From the IMG/VR virus record IMGVR_UViG_3300010262_000137, positions 22,155 through 86,154 of that record: 64,000 nucleotides of DNA, one strand, 5' to 3'. Source of the stretch: a virus (taxonomy: Duplodnaviria; Caudoviricetes). Made by a program: the position numbers and the translations under genes. The first letter of the stretch is position 1; every line of letters starts with the position of its first letter. Positions 57,244-64,000 of this stretch are shown here, piece by piece. Below the pieces are notes generated by a model. It saw only the letters and a list, made by a program, of their open reading frames with translations. It was not told where the DNA came from and made no database searches.

Positions 57244-58955
57244 GTCCATTAATCTATGATATATTTGGTATTGGTGCAACAATTGAAAATTTTATTAGAG
57301 GTTTTTTCTGGGGAATGATCAAAGTGCTTATGAGCATGGTATCTGGTATGATAGATGCAATGATTTCTGGGGTACTTTCTTTTAATGTTTTATCGAATGA
57401 ATGGGTACAGGATGGTTTCAAGGCAGCTTTGGTTGTAATGTTTGTAATGTTGCCAACGAAAATGATATATGAAGTTCTTTTTTCTATACTAACTGATAAT
57501 GAACAGACTATGGATATATCAAAAAAAATACTGGGATGCATTACTGGGGTTATGATTGCTGTTTCTGTGCCAGTGGTTGTTCCAATGGCAAACAATATTA
57601 TTGTTCAATCTTCCAAAGTTATGACAACTGATGTTAGCCAGAATGAAAGTCAACTTGGAGATGCATTATTATCAAGTGTATTTGTAGGGTTTGGAGGAAT
57701 GAGTGAGCAAGGACCATATGGGGCAGATAAACTGATTAAAGATTACCAAAAAGAGAACTTTAGTATCACACAAAGAAATGATGCTGATAGTTATGTATGG
57801 GATTTTTCTGAATTCATGGTAATTGTAGGTATGGTGATATATGTTGTCTTACTATTTGCCATAACTATACAAATTGCAACACGTATTTTTCTAATAGCAT
57901 TATTATATATGATGGCTCCAATATGCTGCACGTCTTTAACAAAGTACCAGGAGCCTCAAGCGTTTAATATTTGGAAGAGTACTCTTTTAGGACAAATGGC
58001 AATGAATTTTAGTCAAATTATTGGGCTAGCTTTTTTAGCAAATATCGTTGGTTCAATTTCTAACATTGGTACAGCGACATTTACAGGATTACCAGTAACA
58101 ATGGCACAATTGGCATTATTTTTTGGTGCTTTTTCACTGATATTGACACTACCTAATTTTATACAAGCGATGATAGGAGGATATTCTTCAGGTGTTATGG
58201 AAGTTGCAAATCAAATACAAAGTGGTATGCACATGATGAGAGCAGGTACTATTGGTTTAGCAACTGCTGGAATTGCAGCAACGATTGGACGTAGAAATTC
58301 TTATACTGGATTTAGAGAAGGTGGAATACGTGGTGCAATTGCAGGAAATAAGCATAATGATGGTACACGTCGAGGAGGTATTGTAGGTGCAACAGCTGGA
58401 CAAAAGGACGTTAATGGCAATCGACAAGGTGGAATTAGAGGTGCAGTAATGGGTGATACAGTGACAAGAGGACAAACTTCCGTAACTTCAGGTGGATTAC
58501 GTGGAGCAGTTATGGGTTCTGTCGCAAGAACGCAACATAAAGACGGAAGTTCATCAGTGGCACATCAAGGAGGTATCAGAGGTGTAGTCATGGGCAGACA
58601 AATGGATTCTGTTGCTACTCCGAAAGCAGAATCGGATAACGATCAACAATTAAAGACATCAACTTATCAAGGTGGAATTAGAGGTGCGGTTATGGGTACA
58701 ACACAAGTATCTCATCAAAATGATTCGAAAACAAAGCAAAGAACAGGTGGAATACGTGGTGCAGGAGCAAGTGCAGTACGAACAAGACAATATCAAAGAC
58801 AGGGTGTTAGAAGTTCTCAGGCACACGCTTCAACAAAAGCAAGCCATCAAAGAACTCAAAGTGGATTATCAAAACAACGTCAAGCATCTTCAATACAAAA
58901 AGAAAAAAATGAATCAACTCGTTCTACTATAAAAAATAGAGGAGGAAAACGCTAA
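57240..58955 (+). CDS. VirB6/TrbL-like polytopic membrane protein with Gly-rich repeat tail
   Basis: Multiple TM segments, RIFLIALLYMMAPI; seven GG(I/L)(R/V)G(A/V) repeats. Confidence 0.78.
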   Translation: MSPLIYDIFGIGATIENFIRGFFWGMIKVLMSMVSGMIDAMISGVLSFNVLSNEWVQDGFKAALVVMFVMLPTKMIYEVLFSILTDNEQTMDISKKILGCITGVMIAVSVPVVVPMANNIIVQSSKVMTTDVSQNESQLGDALLSSVFVGFGGMSEQGPYGADKLIKDYQKENFSITQRNDADSYVWDFSEFMVIVGMVIYVVLLFAITIQIATRIFLIALLYMMAPICCTSLTKYQEPQAFNIWKSTLLGQMAMNFSQIIGLAFLANIVGSISNIGTATFTGLPVTMAQLALFFGAFSLILTLPNFIQAMIGGYSSGVMEVANQIQSGMHMMRAGTIGLATAGIAATIGRRNSYTGFREGGIRGAIAGNKHNDGTRRGGIVGATAGQKDVNGNRQGGIRGAVMGDTVTRGQTSVTSGGLRGAVMGSVARTQHKDGSSSVAHQGGIRGVVMGRQMDSVATPKAESDNDQQLKTSTYQGGIRGAVMGTTQVSHQNDSKTKQRTGGIRGAGASAVRTRQYQRQGVRSSQAHASTKASHQRTQSGLSKQRQASSIQKEKNESTRSTIKNRGGKR

Positions 58956-59362
58956 TGTTTGATAAAGTGCAAGTTATTCTAGATAAAGGAAAGACAAAAG
59001 CGAAAGTATTGGTTTTCTATGATTTGACAGATGCGTTTGTTATTATGTTTTTTGGAATTATGGGTTACGCTTTTGGCAATATGTTTGGAGAATTATATCA
59101 ACTTGTATTGTGTCTTTCCTTTGCAGGTGTTGTAGCATTTTTGCGTTTTGAATTTCCTAATAGTTTTAGTACATACGACTATATAAAAATGGGATATCAT
59201 TACTATTTTAAAATGCCTAAAGGCTATGTGTATTTTCCAATTATAAATGAAAGTGAGGAATTAATCGAAAATGAAGTCAGCGAAGAAAAAACAATTACAA
59301 TCAAGCACAAACGTAAAAAAACAAAAAGGAAAGGCAAAACACTCAAACAAAAAACAAATTAA
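58955..59362 (+). CDS. VirB3/PrgI-like membrane protein
   Basis: FYDLTDAFVIMFFG, two TM segments, directly before virB4. Confidence 0.6.
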   Translation: MFDKVQVILDKGKTKAKVLVFYDLTDAFVIMFFGIMGYAFGNMFGELYQLVLCLSFAGVVAFLRFEFPNSFSTYDYIKMGYHYYFKMPKGYVYFPIINESEELIENEVSEEKTITIKHKRKKTKRKGKTLKQKTN

Positions 59363-61793
59363 TATACAGCATATATCACATGGATTGCCTTTTTCTTTTG
59401 ATGAACAGACAAAGCTCTTTGTATCTGATGAACAAGAATATATTAAAATGATCAGAATCACAGGAATTAATTTATTTGGAATGAAACAGGATGATCAAGA
59501 ATTAAGAATGGTATCTTTGCAAAGAATGTTTAATCATCTTGTTCGTATAGGTCAAATATATTCGTACGAAATCCCAGCAGATGTTGATGGATATATATCT
59601 GATTATGAATATTTTGAAAGTCAATTAGATTTAACTCACGAACTTGATTATATTAAATATGATATTTTAGAGGAAAATAAAGAAAGACTAGTCAATACAT
59701 CTATTACACGAGAACTTGTGGATAGATGTTTTTTGTTAATAATCAAGGATAAGAATATTAGTCGTCTTGATCAAAGAATAAATGATGCTTATAAATATAT
59801 TTCATCATATAATCAAGCAGAAATACTAGACTATCAGCAAATGGCTGAAATTATTTATTCTTATTACAATCCAAGAGAGAGTGTATTTACTAAAACAGGC
59901 AAGACAATAAGTGAGGATATAATGGATTACATTTATCCTGATAATATTGGTTTTGTTGATAGATCATTAAATCAATATATAAAATTAAATGGTATTTACT
60001 GTTCCATCTTATATGTATCAAAATTCACAAAAATAAATCTGGGATTTTTAAGTGTACTTGCTACATATCCTGATGTTGAATTTTCTTTACATTTTGAACA
60101 GGCTCCTAAAAATGAGATTACAAATGTATTAAATAAATCGTTAAAGAATACAACAGGTAATCTTGAAAAAGAAAAGGAAGGTTCTAAAATACTTGAATTA
60201 CAGGATCAGGAAAAGAAAACGATAGAATTTATTAATCAAATCAGTGTTGATGATGATATACCTTTTTATTTTTCAGTATGTATCCGATTAAAATCAAATG
60301 ATTTAGATGATCTTAATGCTTATACGGATGATGTAAGGAAAGAACTTAATGGAATGGGATTAAAAGTAAGGTCAGGCATCTGGCAAAGCTATGAATTATT
60401 TAATACATGTGCACCTATATGCATGAATGAAGCACCAGTATATATGAAACAGACAACTAATGATACGCTTGGATGGGGTTATCCGTTTGTGTTTGAAACT
60501 TTGTATGATAGTACCCCAAAATATCAAGATGATGTATTGGTTAGTCATTATCCGCCGTTATATATAGGAAACACTAATCCTACTGGCGGAGTTGTGTTTT
60601 ACGATAACTTTACTAAGTTAAAAGATAGGGCAAACTATAACGAATTCATCGAAGGGAAAAGTGGTTTTGGTAAGACTACTCTTATGATGGCACTTATCAA
60701 GTTTCGTCATGCAGTTGGATACCAACAATATATTTTAGATGTAGAAGGTAAGGAATTAAATAGATTGACATATGAATTGGGTGGAGAAATTATCAATGGT
60801 GCAAATGGTGATTCTGGGATAATTAATCCTATGCAGGTAAGAATAGTTGTTCCTGAAGATCCTACCAAAAGCAAGACAAAGATACCATTGGATCAAATTA
60901 AGCCATTGAGATCTCATATTCGTTTTTTAAGGTCGTTTTTGCGTTCGTATAAAGGTGATACAAAAGATATATCACGTTTGCATGATAGTAAGATTGAAGA
61001 TGCTGAAATTGATGTATATAAAGAATATGGTATTGACTTTGATACAAATGCTCAGGAGATTGTTTCGCTATCTAATGACAAGTTTCCAATTTTTTCAGAT
61101 GTTTATAAAAAATTAGAAGAATATAAAGCTGATGAAGAAAACAAAGATGTTTCTGATTCACACACGATTAAGATATTAAATGACTGTCTTGCTTTCTTAA
61201 AACCTATTTCTTTTGGTGCAGATGCAGATGTTTTTAATGGACATACGAGTATTAATCTTGAAAACTCATTGTTATGTTTTGATGTATCAGGATTACACGA
61301 CAATACAAGTTCCGAAATTTTAGGAACTCAATATTTAAACATACTTTCTTTTATATGGTCAAGAATTGAATCAAGTGATGGAACTCAGCGAATACAAGTC
61401 TATGAAGATGAAGTTGCAGTTATACAAGATCCAAAATATATGGATATCATTATTATGAATGAAGATATGACACGACGTGTAAGAAAATATCTTTGTGGAA
61501 TGACATTTGGAACTCAACAATTAACTGATATGCTAAAAGAATCAATCAAGGAAAACACAAAAACATTGATGCAGCAATCGGTATATCAGTTCTATTTCAA
61601 TACTGATCCAGAATCATTAGAATATTTAAGAAATCATAATCTGGTTCCTAATAGTGAAATAGAATGGCTTCAAAAAAGCGAAATAGGTCAATGTTTTGTA
61701 AAACTTGGTAATATGACATCAATGAGGGTTAATGTTGATTTAGGCGAAAAAACTCTATCTCAATTTAAACGTTTAAAAGGGGAGACAGAGTAA
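59271..61793 (+). CDS. virB4: VirB4-like conjugation ATPase
   Basis: Walker A GKSGFGKT, ILDVEGKE, YEDEV Walker B, RRVRKY, TQQLTD. Confidence 0.9.
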   Translation: MKSAKKKQLQSSTNVKKQKGKAKHSNKKQINIQHISHGLPFSFDEQTKLFVSDEQEYIKMIRITGINLFGMKQDDQELRMVSLQRMFNHLVRIGQIYSYEIPADVDGYISDYEYFESQLDLTHELDYIKYDILEENKERLVNTSITRELVDRCFLLIIKDKNISRLDQRINDAYKYISSYNQAEILDYQQMAEIIYSYYNPRESVFTKTGKTISEDIMDYIYPDNIGFVDRSLNQYIKLNGIYCSILYVSKFTKINLGFLSVLATYPDVEFSLHFEQAPKNEITNVLNKSLKNTTGNLEKEKEGSKILELQDQEKKTIEFINQISVDDDIPFYFSVCIRLKSNDLDDLNAYTDDVRKELNGMGLKVRSGIWQSYELFNTCAPICMNEAPVYMKQTTNDTLGWGYPFVFETLYDSTPKYQDDVLVSHYPPLYIGNTNPTGGVVFYDNFTKLKDRANYNEFIEGKSGFGKTTLMMALIKFRHAVGYQQYILDVEGKELNRLTYELGGEIINGANGDSGIINPMQVRIVVPEDPTKSKTKIPLDQIKPLRSHIRFLRSFLRSYKGDTKDISRLHDSKIEDAEIDVYKEYGIDFDTNAQEIVSLSNDKFPIFSDVYKKLEEYKADEENKDVSDSHTIKILNDCLAFLKPISFGADADVFNGHTSINLENSLLCFDVSGLHDNTSSEILGTQYLNILSFIWSRIESSDGTQRIQVYEDEVAVIQDPKYMDIIIMNEDMTRRVRKYLCGMTFGTQQLTDMLKESIKENTKTLMQQSVYQFYFNTDPESLEYLRNHNLVPNSEIEWLQKSEIGQCFVKLGNMTSMRVNVDLGEKTLSQFKRLKGETE

Positions 61794-61794
61794 C

Positions 61795-62658
61795 ATGAAA
61801 AAGAAAAAAGGAATTCTAGGTATTGGATTAGGAGGATTTTTTTCTTTTTTCTTTATCATTATCATTATGGTAGTTTCTGCAGCTGGTGGTGGTGCTGAAG
61901 CACAGAGTGAAAGTTATAGTCAAAATATATCTGTTTATGAAATTGCTATTTCCAACGCAGCAGAAAATAATGATGGTTATGAAGTTAAGTTAAATGAAAT
62001 AGCTTGGTATTACATGATGACAGGTATTGAACCAATTCAAAATAATGTGATAAAAGAAGCGAATTGGATTGCCAAAAATAAAAGCAATTATGAACAGATT
62101 GCTAAGCATTATAAGAATGTTAGTCCATACAAAGAAAATCTTCAAAAGCATTCTGTAAACGATCTCGTAGCATATATTGATGGAATAGAAGAAATCAATG
62201 AGTCAAGAGAAGAAATAGATGATGAAGATATTACTGTTGAAGGTGGAAGTGAGGAAGGCAGAAAGATTGTCGAAAAAGCACTGACACGACTAGGATATAT
62301 GTATAAATGGGGTGGTTGTCATACTGAAAAAGAAATAAAGAATCCAAATCAAAAGCTATTTGATTGTAGTGGTTTGGTTAATTGGTCTTTCTATCAGTGT
62401 GGATACAATATCTCAGCTTCTAATACAACAAAGACATTGGTAAATATGGGAAAATTGGTATCACGTTCACATTTATCACCTGGTGATATTATTCTTTTTT
62501 CTAACAATGGGAAAGAAAGTGGTGTTCATCATGTTGGTATTTATAAAGGTGACGGAAATATGGTACATGCTCCAAGAACAGGAAAACCAATTCAAGTTTC
62601 AAATATCACAACAGGATATTATGCAAGAGAATATTATTGTGCAAGAAGATTGTATTAG
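61795..62658 (+). CDS. NlpC/P60 peptidoglycan hydrolase (VirB1-role)
   Basis: LGYMYKWGG, FDCSGLV, PGDIILF, HHVGIYKGDGNMVHAP. Confidence 0.9.
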   Translation: MKKKKGILGIGLGGFFSFFFIIIIMVVSAAGGGAEAQSESYSQNISVYEIAISNAAENNDGYEVKLNEIAWYYMMTGIEPIQNNVIKEANWIAKNKSNYEQIAKHYKNVSPYKENLQKHSVNDLVAYIDGIEEINESREEIDDEDITVEGGSEEGRKIVEKALTRLGYMYKWGGCHTEKEIKNPNQKLFDCSGLVNWSFYQCGYNISASNTTKTLVNMGKLVSRSHLSPGDIILFSNNGKESGVHHVGIYKGDGNMVHAPRTGKPIQVSNITTGYYAREYYCARRLY

Positions 62659-62674
62659 AGAAGGAAGTGGATAA

Positions 62675-64000
62675 AGTGTGAAAGAAAAAGGTAAAAAAAG
62701 TGCGACTTAAAAACAAGTCGTTAAAAGATTTTTCAAAAACTTAATAATAAATGATTAACTATCTTGTTGAATTTTTGGTATTTGAATTTGAGAAATATCT
62801 ACACCTAAAGATTGTAAGTGTTCAAGGGCTTGTTTCGTTGTCATTTTTGATTGATTTTGTTTTGGATTTTTAAATGAATCATAATCTGATGGATGAAAGT
62901 TTTCACCAGTCTTGACCATATGATAGATGGAAACAAGTAACATTCTGGCAATAGCTATTATGGCTTTCTTATGACCACGTCTTTTCTTGATTCTGTTATA
63001 TTTGATTTTGAAGTATGGTTCACTATTACATTTTATGGCGGCTAAGGCGCATTGGACAAGGATAGGTTTGATATATTGACCTGCTTTAGATATACGAACT
63101 GATTTCTTCTTATTGGCACTTTCGTTATTTTGAGGAGTAACCCCAACCCAAGAAGCAACTTCCTTGTCTGATGCCCATTGGTTCATATCAATGCCAATTT
63201 CTGAAAGAATGATCATTGCTGATATAAGAGAAATACCAGGAAGCTGAGTAATGTGTTTAACGATATCAATGAAAGGTGCACAGCGTTTAACCATCTCAAT
63301 TTCACAATCTTGAATATATTTATCAAGGTTATCAAGATGTTTCATGGCATGATCTAATTTAAAGCGTTGATCAGTTTCAATGTGTGAATGTTGAATAGCT
63401 TGCATAACCTGTTCAGATTTTTTTGAAGCAGATTTAAGAAGCAATTTCTTGATATTTTCTTCAGTGACGATATTAGAATGCATAACTTCTTCTAAAACAG
63501 CACGACTGCTTTTTCCTAAAGAATCTGAGAAAACAGAACCAAGACCAATATTTGAAACAGTTAAGCAGTTTTGATAACGATTTTTTTCAGAAGAACGCAT
63601 GCCAACAAGCTTGATACGATAGCGTGAAATTTCTCTGAGTTCTCTAATATGCTTAGGTGGAATAAAAGAAAACTTGAGAAGATCATGCTTAAAGATATCT
63701 GCAATCCATTTGGAATCCTTTTTATCAGTTTTCTTGCCCTTGATGGCTTTAACGTATTTAGGATGTGTCAGGAAAACATTAAGTTCTGTTTCAAGAATAT
63801 TGAAAATAGGGATCCAATACTTACCAGTTGATTCCATGCAGACATCATAACAGTTGTTTTCCTTGAGCCAGTTTAAGAGATTCAACAAGTCATAGTTAAA
63901 AGTCGAAAATTGTTTTTGAAGATAAGTTGTCACATTATTATCATCAGTAGAAGCGATAGTCGCAACGATGATATCCTTGTGAACATCCATGCCACAACAA
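62675..64000 (-). mobile_element. IS110-family insertion sequence (5' part outside window; boundary approximate)
   Basis: Transposase below; short 3' region with hairpin CGACTT/AAGTCG; opposite orientation to the tra operon. Confidence 0.75.
62755..64000 (-). CDS. IS110-family DEDD transposase (N-terminus truncated by window)
   Basis: (CCG)MDVHK, CMESTGKYW, KTDKKDSKWIA, LPGIS...ILSEIG, VGVTPQNNESA, AIIAIARMLL; frame open to the window edge. Confidence 0.92.
   Translation of the reverse strand, partial: CCGMDVHKDIIVATIASTDDNNVTTYLQKQFSTFNYDLLNLLNWLKENNCYDVCMESTGKYWIPIFNILETELNVFLTHPKYVKAIKGKKTDKKDSKWIADIFKHDLLKFSFIPPKHIRELREISRYRIKLVGMRSSEKNRYQNCLTVSNIGLGSVFSDSLGKSSRAVLEEVMHSNIVTEENIKKLLLKSASKKSEQVMQAIQHSHIETDQRFKLDHAMKHLDNLDKYIQDCEIEMVKRCAPFIDIVKHITQLPGISLISAMIILSEIGIDMNQWASDKEVASWVGVTPQNNESANKKKSVRISKAGQYIKPILVQCALAAIKCNSEPYFKIKYNRIKKRRGHKKAIIAIARMLLVSIYHMVKTGENFHPSDYDSFKNPKQNQSKMTTKQALEHLQSLGVDISQIQIPKIQQDS

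Larger units (their letters stand above)
34089..62658 (+). mobile_element. Conjugative element (ICE or plasmid) segment: cargo, adhesins and T4SS genes
   Basis: VirB2-, VirB6-, VirB3-, VirB4-like and NlpC/P60 genes in one operon; two large sortase-type adhesins; Fic/VbhA; orphan MTase; boundaries not visible. Confidence 0.8.

Noticed and set aside
612-63831. Numerous short antisense or overlapping ORFs in the track (e.g. 612-851, 9130-9534, 20160-20540, 57254-57595)
   Set aside because: They lie within well-supported genes on the other strand or frame, with no RBS or motifs
1-64000. tRNA/rRNA genes, integrase, relaxase or coupling protein
   Set aside because: None recognised by eye in this window; ICE versus plasmid therefore cannot be decided

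Overview
Low-GC Firmicutes DNA (possibly Erysipelotrichales-like; taxon is inference) with three nested mobile layers. (1) 1-~34088: most of a transposable Mu-like prophage; its left end lies outside the window. It carries an XRE repressor/ner switch, MuA/MuB, GemA, Mor, a NusG-paralog antiterminator, terminase, an SPP1-type head, a PBSX/Xkd-type contractile tail, a DGR, holin/endolysin, a Dam-like methylase and a right end at ...ATTACA. (2) ~34089-62658: a conjugative element (ICE or plasmid) into which the phage inserted. It has a palindrome-punctuated cargo cluster, a Fic/VbhA pair, two giant adhesins and VirB2/B6/B3/B4/NlpC-P60 genes. (3) ~62675-64000: an IS110 element. The standout is the DGR. 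Instead of one template repeat, the avd-RT spacer holds a tandem array of three complete, mutually divergent template units plus one degenerate unit. The variable repeat of the tail-adhesin gene is a three-part mosaic: its 5' segment matches unit 3, its middle unit 1 and its 3' segment unit 2, each differing only at template adenines. This suggests a multi-template, segment-shuffling DGR. The RT gene carries an in-frame TAA at codon 42. All alignments and counts were done by hand; product calls come from motif recognition, not database searches.
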